Shown: positions 44,351 through 54,604 of the stretch, one piece after another
Numbering within the stretch: position 1 is the first letter of the stretch
Layout: every line of letters begins with the position of its first letter
Source of the DNA: an uncultured Verrucomicrobiae bacterium
GTDB lineage: Bacteria > Verrucomicrobiota > Verrucomicrobiia > Chthoniobacterales > UBA10450
Direction: 5' to 3'
Length of the DNA stretch: 64,000 nucleotides
Assembly: GCA_963815455.1 (NCBI GenBank)
Contig: CAWFGO010000001.1
Span: forward strand, 416,001 to 480,000
Notes under the pieces: model-generated
The model's database searches: none
What the model was told of the DNA's origin: nothing
What the model saw: only the letters and a program-made list of their open reading frames with translations
Position numbers and translations under genes: made by a program

Positions 44351-44410
44351 TGTGGGAGCAGCCTTAGTGCTGCGATCATCGATCATCGGGGCACTGAGGC
44401 CCCTCCTACT
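44351..44410. repeat. REP-like palindrome after the sigma gene
   Basis: TGTGGGAGCAGCCTTAGTGC...GCACTGAGGCCCCTCCTAC. Confidence 0.65.
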
Positions 44411-44411
44411 T

Positions 44412-44483
44412 TCATTTTGCCACGCGCAGCTGCACGCAATCGACCAGCGTCGCGCCCCATTGAATATCGGTGACGATCACCAG
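44412..44483 (-). pseudogene. Displaced, diverged copy of the pyk 3' end
   Basis: Encodes LVIVTDIQWGATLVDCVQLRVAK* versus LVVISDIQWGRTLVDCVQLRIAK* at 53060-53131. Confidence 0.9.
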
Positions 44484-44596
44484 TAATTTCGACCGGTGAG
44501 GTGTCAGCCGGCGAAGAAGAAATCCCCCAAGCGAAAATTGTTGTTGACTTCCCTCGACCTGTTTCAGACAAACGCCGCCTAACGTGCAATCGCCAA

Positions 44597-44706
44597 TTCA
44601 GAGCTTCAGAGCTTCAGAGCTTCAGAGCTTCAGAGCTTCAGCTTCAGAGCTTCAGAGCTTCAGAGCTTCAGAGCTTCAGAGCTTCAGAGCTTCAGAGCTT
44701 CAGAGC
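44597..44706. repeat. Tandem octamer TTCAGAGC: 13 perfect units plus one 6-nt unit
   Basis: Directly counted; lies ~165 nt upstream of the Rhs-2 start. Confidence 0.95.
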
Positions 44707-44871
44707 TCTCGGCACTCGCGCGAGTAAAGGCAAGCCTTCTTCCCAGCCCAGCTTTGGCAGCGCGACTCACAATTCGCCGAGCAACCTTGCTCGCCGCCAC
44801 TCCCCTCTCGAACCGCGCGACAGCGGACCGCTTCACAGAAAATTCACTCCACAACAAACCCAACTACACCG

Positions 44872-47800
44872 ATGAAAAAGACATCATTTAGCCTGCTATT
44901 TGGAATTCTGGTTGTCATCACAGCATCATTGTTATTGCGACCGCCAGTGTCAGTTGCCCAAAGCGTCCCTGAAGGTGTAACCAACGGGAACGACCCCGAT
45001 CGCATCACACCGTGCGATGAAATGGTGGGTGGAAACGGCCCGGGGTGCAACTGTGGTGGCGGGGGAAGTCCCGGGATGGCGCGCTACAGCGCGCACGCGA
45101 TGGATGTCAGCCTGAATATCGTGGATACGCCCCTGTTTTACACACCGCCTCGGGGGCCCGCGGTGAGTGTCACTGTGACATACAATCAACGGGACATGAG
45201 CCAACCATCAACGTTCACTTTTTCGAATTTGGGTCCGAAATGGACATTGAATTGGCTATCGTATCTGGAAGATACGCCTGGGACAACGGACAACATCAAG
45301 CTCTACGCTCAAGGCGGCGGGATGGAGACGTACACGTACGACTTCGCCGCTCAAAATTGGGTGCTTGTAAGCGGCGGCGGGTATAGCCACGCGTATATAG
45401 AAAGACTGACATCCGATCCCAACAAGTACAAGCGCCATTTGCCCGATGGATCAGAGGAGACGTTTGGGTATTATGTTGGGACAACGCCCGGCCGCAGAGT
45501 GTTTTTGACCAAGCTCGCCGATCCGGTTGATCATTCACTCACTTTTACCTACGCGAATTCCAACCTGACATCAGTGACTGACGACATCGGGCGGGTCACG
45601 ATTCTTCACTACGACGATCCAAGCGATAGCCATCGCCTAACGCGTATTGACGACCCATTCACGCCACATCGCTCCGCCACATTCGAGTATTACCCGGATG
45701 GGCACTTAAAGAAGATCACCGACATGGGTGGATTGACCTCGGAATTCACATATGGAACCACCCCTGAAAAGGTTGATTTTATCACTTCGCTGACGACGCC
45801 TTATGGCACGAGCAACTTTGATTTTGGTGAAAACACCGATCCGCAGGTGCAACAACGGTGGTTGGAGATGACCGATCCAAATATGGGAAAGGAGCGCGTG
45901 GAGTTTCGGCACAACGCACCGATCGATGACAGCGAAGAAGATTCTGGAACCCTGCCTGAGAATCTAACGATTACCAACCAGTATCTGAAGCATCGCAACA
46001 CATTCTACTGGAGCAAAAAGGCGATGGCCGTCGCTCCGGGCGATTACACGCAGGCGAAAATCACCCACTGGCTCCACACTACCGACAACAGGGCCTCCGG
46101 CATGAAAGAGAGCGAGAAGGCGCCAAATGAGAACCGGATTTGGTACACTTATGTTGGCCAATCCGCCACATACACAGTCGGCACGGAAAGCTATCCGCAG
46201 GTCGTGGCCCGCAGGTTGGAAACTGGTGTAGCCAATACGACGCAGCGGTACCAATATGTCTACAACAGCAAGGGAAATATCACCCAGCTGACAGATCCAT
46301 CAGGTCGCGTTACGAAGTACCGATACAAGGACAATGGCATTGATCTAGAAAGGGTGCTCCAGGTAAATGCGAGTGGGAATGACGACCTGCTGTCGGAATA
46401 CAATTACGAAGGCGCGCCGTCTCACATGCCGGCCTGGTACAAGGATGCCGCGGGCAAGCAAACAACATACGACTACTATCCTAGCCAGCGGCAACTGAAG
46501 ACCATCACGAATCCGAAGGGCGAGGCAACGAGATTCACATACGATCAAAACGACCGGTACTTAAAGACCATCACGGGCGATAATGGCACTGTGTTAAGCG
46601 CGCCGGTCGATTTCACCTACGACGCCTACGGTCGCGTACAAACGGTTACCGGCCCTCCCGACTCGAACAATGCGAGATACAATACGACCATCGAGTACAC
46701 CGACCTCAACCAAATCCGAAAGATCACTTACCCGGATAATACTTACGAGGAAATCACCTATAATCGGCTCGATCCGGAATGGGTTCGGGATCGCGCGGGA
46801 CGTATGACGCACAACACATTCGACGCCCTCCAGCATCTCCGATTCGTGGAGGACCCCGAACATCGAATTACCGAATATGTCTGGTGCAATTGCGGGCTCC
46901 TCGATTCGATTGTCGATGCGAACCATAACACAACCAGCTTTGATTATGATGGGCAGAGCCGGATGACCAAAAAGACGTACGCCAACAACTTGTTCGACCT
47001 CTACATTTATGAGGACGCAACCAACCGACTAAAATCGATGACCGATGCGCGGAATCAGTCGACAAATTACCGGTATTACGTGGACGACAACCTGAAGCAG
47101 GTCAGCTACTCCAATGCGCAAATGCCCACACCAACGGTGAATTATATCTACGACCCCAAATACAACCGGATCACCTAGGGCGCCACCAGATTGAAAACCG
47201 TGGGCGGAATCTGGGGGGGCGACACGATCACCTACGGTTATGACATGTTGGGGCAATTGAACAGTCAGTCGATTAACGGAATTAGTTCCTCGATTACGTT
47301 CGATGGCCTCGGCCGAGTGGATTCCTCTACCAATCCCCTGGGGTCGTTCACCCGCCTTTACGATGGCAAAACCCCACGGCTTAAGACGCTCGTTTATCCG
47401 ACCGCGACCGGCCTCACCGCGAATTACACCTATGCATCATATCCGGCCGATCCGAGGCTCCAGATTTTGGAGAATAAGAAATCACCCGATACCACCCTTT
47501 CTTTGTTTAACTACACGTATTACGCAGACGGCCAGATCGCGACTTTGATCAAGAATCTGGGCGGCTCCATTAACAACATATCGTTGGAATACGACGACTC
47601 GCAATGGCTGACTTCGGCCCTTCAGGACGATCACGAATTTTACTATGGGTACGACGACGCTGGAAACCGGCTGTCAGAGAGCATGTACTTCGCTGGCCAT
47701 AATCACGCTCATGAAAAGACGACGGCGTTCACGGCGAACATTCTTAATCAGCTCGATAGCGTGAAAGTGTTCTTTGGTTTAGGGCAATGGTCCCAACCTC

Positions 47801-49311
47801 TCCCACTCGTCTACGACGCCAACGGGAATTTGACTAATGATGGTGGGAAAACATATGAATGGGACGCCGCCAACCGACTCACCAGGATTGATTACACCGA
47901 CACCGGCTTTCGCACGGAATTTGCTTATGATGGGCTGGGGCGACGCGTGAGAATTATCGAATACGGTCCGGCCATGGTTGCCGATATTCAGCCAAAAGAC
48001 GGGGGATACACAGAGTTTACCACCGATCCCATTGATCTATCCGATGGCGAATACACCATCAAGATTGAGGGATTGAATCCCGACGGCGGCGAGAACACGG
48101 CGCTGATCGACTCAATAGCGCTCAACGGTTCACTGGTGGAGAATGGCGGGTTCGAGACGCCGGAGGTGACCGACTACGAAGTCGCGCCGGAAGAGAGCGG
48201 TTGGACTTGGACCGGCAGCGCCGGGATCGCGACCGACGGCGGCTTCATCGGCGACGGCCCGTCCGCGCCGGAAGGCAGGCAGGCGGCCTTTGTCACTAAC
48301 GATGGTTCGCTCTCGCAATCGGGAAGCGTCGAGCCCGGTTCTTACACGCTGAGTTTTCAAGCTGCGCAGCGGGCCAACGAAAACAAAAGCGCTCAGACCT
48401 TGCGAGTAACGGTCCGCTCCGTCAACAGCAATAAGACTTTCCTGTGGTCCGGCAACACCATCGCTGAGGAACGCAACAGCGCGGGTGCCACAGTAACGAA
48501 GCGCTTCTTCGCCGAAGGCCAGGCCAGCGTAAACGGGGCCACTACCACGAAATTCTTTTACACCCGCGATCATTTGGGCAGCATCCGCGAGGTGACCGAT
48601 TCAACCGGCACTGTTGTAGCGCGATACGACTACGACGCTTGGGGCAAGCAAGTGGCCACGTTGGGCTTGGTCACCGCATCCGATTTCGGTTACACCGGCC
48701 ACTATCTCCACGGGCCGAGCGGAATGAATTTGACGCGCACGCGGGAGTATAACCCCGTTCTCGCGCGGTGGATGAGCAGAGATCCGATACCAAGCCCGGA
48801 GTTAAAACAGGGCCCAAATCTGTACGGCTATGTGGCCAATGATCCAACAAGTAGCATTGATCCTCTCGGGTTGCTCTCGTATTTGATCACATTGGGTCCC
48901 GATGCGAAAGGAATTCCTCACACGGCGGTTTGGATCGTAGATTCCCGAGGAAGTACTTTCTACAGCTTTGATAGCGCGGGCCTTCATCGATACAATAATC
49001 CATCGTCGTTCCTGGTCGAGGAGGTAACTTTGCACAAGTTCGGGTATGTTGACCTACTTGATCCTTCTCGCGTGGACGATGAGGCTCTGCGAAGTTATTA
49101 CGATCGCCTAATCGAGCAAGATGTTATCTATCTGCGAAATGGAGTTTGTAATAGTCAAGCGAGAGACGCCATAGAATTTGCATCGCAGAGGGCGGATGCG
49201 CCGTATCAACCAACGGATTCTGCTTTTACGCCAGGGTTTCTTCGCATTGATCTCATCAGACAAGACTTTATTGATCCCAATAGAGGATTGCTTCTTGGGA
49301 AACGTCCATGA
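44872..49311 (+). CDS. Rhs/YD-repeat polymorphic toxin Rhs-2 with signal peptide, interrupted by in-frame TAG at 47176
   Basis: ORFs 44872..47178 and 47191..49311 share a frame; TRDHLGSIRE, RWMSRDP..YVANDPTSSIDPLGL. Confidence 0.9.
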
Positions 49312-50180
49312 GAAAATGTGCGTGCTTTTTCGTCGCCATCGCCACTGGCGTCCTCAGCTTTGCCTCTCAGGCAGAGGTGCCAGGAGGAGTGACAGTAAAC
49401 AAAGACAGCCAGATCCGGCTGTCTCCGCAAATCGTACGTTTGTTGAACGTCCAAACACGCAGCCCGGACCGGGAGAAGTACATTGCGCAATACATCGATG
49501 CGCTCAACAGCGGAAATGATGCTGAACGCATTTGGGGCGTTATCGCGCTCGGGAATTTTCAAGCGGACTCGGCCATAAAAGCGCTGATTCGGCAAGCGCA
49601 GGTAGAGAAATCGAGTATAGTAATCGATCAACTATTTGATGAGCTTAACGGGATCTTTGAATTATTTGGTTTCCCACCATTGGAAGCAGCGACGGATGTT
49701 TCAGCTTCCATTCGCCAAGCGCGTATCCAGGAATTAGTCAAGGCGTACGAGAAGTTTGGCTATTTAAGTTTGTTCAAGCGTGGTTGGAACATGGCTCTAA
49801 AACGCGGTCCCGTTGGAGTTCAGCATTTCGTCTCGCAAGCAACAGCTCGCTATGATCCACGATTAACGCCATTCCTTCTCGACATACTGGATTCGCGTGA
49901 TGTGTCCGGAGCTAGAGATCAAATTGAAACTGCAGTTTTGTGTTGGTCCGGGTATGACTTGCGATTCGAAAAATCGTTGGATGTGAGAAAATCGCTCATG
50001 ACGCCCGATAACTTATCCAATGATAGAATTTGTGAACGATACCGTAAGTACTTTGAACGAATGGGCTATCATTCGGCTTCCGCCAGAGACGTTGCCCTCG
50101 CAGTTTTGTTCGGAGAAACCGACAAGAAAGCAGCTTACCGTCGTGAAATGGCTCTTCGTATGCTATTTTGCAGCCCTTGA
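49308..50180 (+). CDS. Putative exported immunity protein for Rhs-2 (HEAT-like helices)
   Basis: ATGA overlap with the toxin; signal peptide MRKCACFFVAIATGVLSFASQA; AT-richer codons. Confidence 0.7.
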   Translation: MRKCACFFVAIATGVLSFASQAEVPGGVTVNKDSQIRLSPQIVRLLNVQTRSPDREKYIAQYIDALNSGNDAERIWGVIALGNFQADSAIKALIRQAQVEKSSIVIDQLFDELNGIFELFGFPPLEAATDVSASIRQARIQELVKAYEKFGYLSLFKRGWNMALKRGPVGVQHFVSQATARYDPRLTPFLLDILDSRDVSGARDQIETAVLCWSGYDLRFEKSLDVRKSLMTPDNLSNDRICERYRKYFERMGYHSASARDVALAVLFGETDKKAAYRREMALRMLFCSP

Positions 50181-50198
50181 TTTGTTTGCATAACAAGT

Positions 50199-51641
50199 AA
50201 TGGGACGCCGCCAACCGCCTGGTGGCCATCAACTACACCGCCACCGGCAATCGCACGGAATTTGCTTATGATGGACTGGGGCGACGCGTGAGAATCATTG
50301 AATACGGGTCGGCGATGGCAGCGGACATTGAGCCAAAAGATGGCGGGTTCACTGAATTTACGACCGATGCGATTGATCTGCCGGACGGCAACTACAAGAT
50401 TACGTTCGAAGGAGTTAACCCGAGTGGGGGCGAGAACACTGCGCTGATCGATCTGGTGGCGCTTAATGGCCAAATGGTCGAGAACGGTGGGTTTGAGACG
50501 CCGGAGGTGGAAGGGGACGAGCAGGCGCCCGAAGAGAGCGGTTGGAGCTGGACCGGCAGCGCCGGGATTTCTGGCACGGGCAGCGCGCTCATCGGTGACG
50601 GCCCGAGTGCTCCGCAAGGCAGTCAAACAGCGTTTATCACCAACAACGGTTCAGTTTCGCAAATGGGGTCTGTCGATCCGGGCACGTACACCTTGAGTTT
50701 TCAGGCAACGCAGGCGAGCGGAAATAAGAACACTCAAGTCGTGCGGGGGACAGTACAGGCAGCGGTAACCAAGACTTTCCTGTGGTCCGGCAACACCATC
50801 GCCGAGGAACGCGACAGCACCGGTGCGATAGTCAAGAAACGCTTTTTCGCCGAAGGCCAGGTGAATTACCCAACGCCATCGAATCCGGTGAAATTCTTTT
50901 ACACCCGCGACCATCTGGGGAGCATCCGCGAGGTGACCGATTCAACCGGCGCCGTCGTAGCCCGATACGATTATGATGCTTGGGGCAAGCAAGTGGCCAC
51001 GCTTGGCAACATCACGTCGTCCGATTTCGGTTACACCGGTCACTATGTCCACGGCCCGAGCGAAATGAATCTGACCCGGACGCGGGAATACAATCCAACG
51101 CTCGCCAGATGGATGAGTCGCGATCCGATCGGAGAAGGGGGAGCGGCAAACCTCTATCGATATGTCTCAAATGATCCTGTCGACCTTTGGGACCCGCTCG
51201 GGTTGAAGGATATTCTTATTGGCATTGCGCCGCGGTGGTTTACGCCAGGCCAGCTCGCGGAATATAACCGTGTATATCACGATGCGCTCACTGTTGACGC
51301 CAACGCCGCCGAAAACAACGGCAATGCTGTCGCGATTCTCTCAGCCATAGACGACTTCAAGAAAAATAATCCGCTGAGCGGGGACACCGTCGACATTGGG
51401 TTGATAACGTCGAAAGCCGACTTGGCATCGCGTTGCAAAAAGTACGACGAGATCATTCTTTTCGCTCACGGAAACACCGCTGGCCCAGTGCAAGGCGTCG
51501 CGCTGGGTTATGATCGGATCCCGACGAGTGAGCTTCCAGGAAACTGTTACTCCGTTCGGATGCACGATTGGTCACCCGCAATTCTTAGGAGACGTCATTG
51601 ATCAGATGCTCCAGCATCTCCGCAAGGACTTACGAAAATGA
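50199..51641 (+). pseudogene. Orphan Rhs core plus toxin module (caspase-like C-terminus; frameshift ~51555)
   Basis: Begins abruptly at WDAANRL, highly similar to Rhs-2 from ~47858; DPVDLWDPLGL followed by a different C-terminus. Confidence 0.85.
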
Positions 51642-52147
51642 AATTGTCGATCTTGATCATGTCTAGCGCACTTGTGATGGCGAGCAGCCTGATCGGTGAA
51701 CAAGAGAGTCCAAGTATCAAGGCTCCGCTGAATCAGGCTTTAGCGGAAACCCCCCGCGCAGCGAGCATTTCCCTTACACGAACAGGTCCAGCGGTGGACG
51801 GGGGCTCCGTTCTTAATGAGATTCGATTCTCTGATGGTCGCGTATATGTATTGAGCCTTGATTTTCCGTTCGACCTGATGAGCGACAAGCTTCTTCACTC
51901 GGAGCTCCACTTTACGATTTTCGCTCCCGGCAACAAAGCTTCCCACATCGAAACAATCGAGCACAACAGCGCCGCAGAGCGGCGGCTCATTAGGCTGCTT
52001 GAATCCTTGGTCGCTACAACCGTGAATCCGCATGAAAAGAAGAATGCATCCTCTCTCGTTACATTCTTGAGAGATCGACATCAGGCATTTCCGAGAGCAC
52101 GCGGAGGCAGCTGGGATATCACGCCTTGGTCCAGCCCGACCAAGTGA
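51638..52147 (+). CDS. Putative exported immunity protein for the orphan toxin
   Basis: Signal peptide MKLSILIMSSALVMASSLIG; ATGA coupling to the corrected toxin frame. Confidence 0.7.
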   Translation: MKLSILIMSSALVMASSLIGEQESPSIKAPLNQALAETPRAASISLTRTGPAVDGGSVLNEIRFSDGRVYVLSLDFPFDLMSDKLLHSELHFTIFAPGNKASHIETIEHNSAAERRLIRLLESLVATTVNPHEKKNASSLVTFLRDRHQAFPRARGGSWDITPWSSPTK

Positions 52148-52155
52148 AGCCAAAT

Positions 52156-52455
52156 ATACCATGTGGAGGAACGCCACACCGCTGGCGCGATTGTAAGAAG
52201 CGCTTCTTCGCCGAAGGCCAGGTGAATTACCCAACCCCGTCCAATCCGGTGAAATTCTTTTACACCCGCGATCACCTGGGAAGCATCCGCGAGGTGACCG
52301 ATTCAACCGGCACGGTTGTAGCCCGATACGACTACGATGCATGGGGCAAGCAAGTGGCCACGTTGGGCAACATCACCGCGTCGGATTTCGGTTACACCGG
52401 CCATCGCGCGCTGGTAACGGGGACTGGCGCAGACATTATTAAATGGACATTTTAG
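52156..52455 (+). pseudogene. Second orphan Rhs core fragment; toxin domain almost wholly deleted
   Basis: KRFFAEGQVNYPTPSNPVKFFYTRDHLGSIRE..FGYTGH, near-identical to 50836-51043, then a short tail overlapping the next ATG. Confidence 0.85.
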
Positions 52456-52742
52456 TTGGATGTTTGATCGGAGTGCTGGCGGGAGGTTTGTTGCTCCGTA
52501 TGAGCTTCGCTTTGAGACATCGTCGAGAACGCCTTGGGAAATGGCTCTTTTTGCTCCTATCCTACTTCCTGATCGCAGGAGTTGCTGTTGCGTGTATCAT
52601 CGTCAACCAATATATCATCGATGAAACTGCTTGGGGGAAAGGACACACTCTAACGGTTACGTGGATATTATTCTATTTTACCGCTTGCACGGTATTGGGT
52701 ATTCAAAACCTTCGAAACCAGCAGCGTGAAAAGCGCGAATAG
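52443..52742 (+). CDS. Small 3-TM protein, putative orphan immunity gene
   Basis: Three hydrophobic segments, AT-rich, follows the Rhs remnant. Confidence 0.65.
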   Translation: MDILVGCLIGVLAGGLLLRMSFALRHRRERLGKWLFLLLSYFLIAGVAVACIIVNQYIIDETAWGKGHTLTVTWILFYFTACTVLGIQNLRNQQREKRE

Positions 52743-52863
52743 AGATGAGCGATAAATTGGCGGTTTCGACTCATTTGGAACCATTTTGGAATCCTAGCGG
52801 GATGCACAGCCGTTCAGTCGGATTCTTCGACTTCGTTTCGCTGCGCTTAACGGAGCCTGTCCT

Positions 52864-52902
52864 GCGCCCGGTCGACGTCGAGTTGCCGGTCGAAGCGTAA
52901 GC
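52864..52902 (+). repeat. 39-bp direct repeat of the sigma gene 3' end (44303-44341), one mismatch
   Basis: GCGCCCGGT(T/C)GACGTCGAGTTGCCGGTCGAAGCGTAAGC. Confidence 0.95.
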
Positions 52903-52911
52903 TTCCACGCC

Positions 52912-53049
52912 GTCATCCCGAGCGAAGCGTAGCGGAGTCGAGGGATCCCGTTGCGCAAACTTTAAGCTCGTTCCCCGGGATCCTTCGACTTCGTTCCGCT
53001 ACGCTTCACGGAGCCTGTCCTGAGCGGAGTCGAAGGGCTCAGGATGACA
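52912..53049. repeat. GTCATCCCGAGCGAAG...CTCAGGATGAC palindromic element; partial copy at ~52820-52864
   Basis: Terminal inverted repeats; related element at 56711-56837. Confidence 0.85.
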
Positions 53050-53059
53050 GACTGCTTTG

Positions 53060-54460
53060 TTACTTCGCGATTCGCAGCTGCACGCAATCGACCAGCGTCC
53101 GGCCCCACTGGATATCGCTGATGACCACCAGCCGATTGCCCGGCGCAGACAATTTGTTCTTCTTCAGATATTTTTCCGCTGCGTCGATCGTCTCGTGTGG
53201 ATCGGTGAAGTCGATCCGGACCGGGACGGTTCCCCAGTAGAGCGCCAGTTGGCGATAGACCTCGTCGCTTTCGGTAAAGGCAAAAATCGGCGCCCGCGCC
53301 GGGCGCATGTTCGAGACGTAACGCGCCATTCTCCCGTGCCGGGTAAAGACGATCAGTTTCGAATCGCGCAACGAATTGGCCAGAACCACGGCCGAAGCGA
53401 CCGTCTTCTGGCGGTCGTCTTCGAGCAGCGCGTGTTCGGCGTAGCCGGCGCCGCCGCTGCGCTCAATTCGCGTCGCCACGCGATTCATTACTTCGACGCA
53501 CTCGACCGGGTAGCGTCCGATCGTTGTTTCGCCGCTGAGCATGATCGCGTCGGCCTGTTCGAACACGGCGTTAGCCACATCGGTGATCTCCGCCCGTGTC
53601 GGCAATGGGTTCTTAATCATCGATTCCAACAATTGCGTCGCCACGATCACCGGTTTGCCCAAACGAATACAACTCTTGACGATCCGCCGCTGAATAATTG
53701 GCAATTCTTCCATCGGGCATTCAATGCCGAGGTCGCCCCGCGCCACCATGATCGCATCCGCGGCGGCAATCATCTTGTCGATCGAACGGACGGCGAGTTG
53801 GTCTTCGATCTTGGCCACGATCAACGCTTTGCTCTTCTTCTTCACCAGGAGTTTGCGCAGTTCTTCGATGTCGCTCTTTTCGCGGACGAAACTGAGGGCT
53901 ACAAAATCGACTCCCATCGCCACACCAAGCCCAACATCGACAATGTCCTTTTTCGTTAACGGCGGAAGATTCACGTGCACCCCGGGCAGATTGATGTGTC
54001 GGCGCGAACCGAGGGCTGCGCGGGTCAGAACCTTGCAGCGCACCCGATTCTTTCCCTTTCCGAGCACGAGCATCTTGATCAGGCCGCTGTCTACCAGGAT
54101 CGTGTTGCCAACCGTCAGGTCATCGACAAACCCGTTGTAATTGACATCCACTGAGTAGCGCTCCTGGCTCTTCGCCTTGCGCACGGTGAACTCGAGAATG
54201 TCGCCCGGCTTCAAGTGAAGATTCGTCTTCACATCGCCGGTCCGAATGGCCGGGCCCTGGGTATCGAGCAGAATCGCAACCGAGCGCCCGATTTTCTGCG
54301 CCAGTCCACGAATTCGCGGCACGATATCGCGAACCCAGTCATGAGTAGCGTGGCTCATGTTCAGACGAAACACGTCCGCGCCTTCATCAATCAACTGGCG
54401 TATTACCTCCGTCTGTTCTGTAGCGGGCCCCAGCGTGCAGATGATTTTCGTCTTGCGCAT
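53060..54460 (-). CDS. pyk: Pyruvate kinase
   Basis: RKTKIICTLGPA, FRLNMSH, LDTQGP, AKIE, MVARGDLG, MLSGET. Confidence 0.98.
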   Translation of the reverse strand: MRKTKIICTLGPATEQTEVIRQLIDEGADVFRLNMSHATHDWVRDIVPRIRGLAQKIGRSVAILLDTQGPAIRTGDVKTNLHLKPGDILEFTVRKAKSQERYSVDVNYNGFVDDLTVGNTILVDSGLIKMLVLGKGKNRVRCKVLTRAALGSRRHINLPGVHVNLPPLTKKDIVDVGLGVAMGVDFVALSFVREKSDIEELRKLLVKKKSKALIVAKIEDQLAVRSIDKMIAAADAIMVARGDLGIECPMEELPIIQRRIVKSCIRLGKPVIVATQLLESMIKNPLPTRAEITDVANAVFEQADAIMLSGETTIGRYPVECVEVMNRVATRIERSGGAGYAEHALLEDDRQKTVASAVVLANSLRDSKLIVFTRHGRMARYVSNMRPARAPIFAFTESDEVYRQLALYWGTVPVRIDFTDPHETIDAAEKYLKKNKLSAPGNRLVVISDIQWGRTLVDCVQLRIAK

Positions 54461-54463
54461 GAT

Positions 54464-54551
54464 GGTGGATCGAGCTCTCCGAGCTCGATGCTAGATGCGA
54501 CGCGGCTCCGCCGCCATTAATTAACATCGCGCTCGGAGATCGCGATCCACC
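54464..54551. repeat. Palindromic element abutting the pyk start codon
   Basis: GGTGGATCGAGCTCTCCGAGCTCGATG ... CATCGCGCTCGGAGATCGCGATCCACC. Confidence 0.8.
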
Positions 54552-54604
54552 AGAGAGCGCGGCTCGTCTCCATGGACGTGCCGCGCTTCGCCGTTCAGCG
54601 TTTC

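Noticed and set aside
44597..44706. CRISPR array
   Set aside because: Contiguous 8-mers with no spacers, and no cas genes in the window
47176..47178. Pyrrolysine or programmed amber readthrough
   Set aside because: The stop lies at a deletion junction relative to Rhs-1; no pyl genes seen
47858..52405. Diversity-generating retroelement TR/VR pair
   Set aside because: Differences between Rhs core copies are largely synonymous and not adenine-specific; no reverse transcriptase; ordinary orphan-module homology
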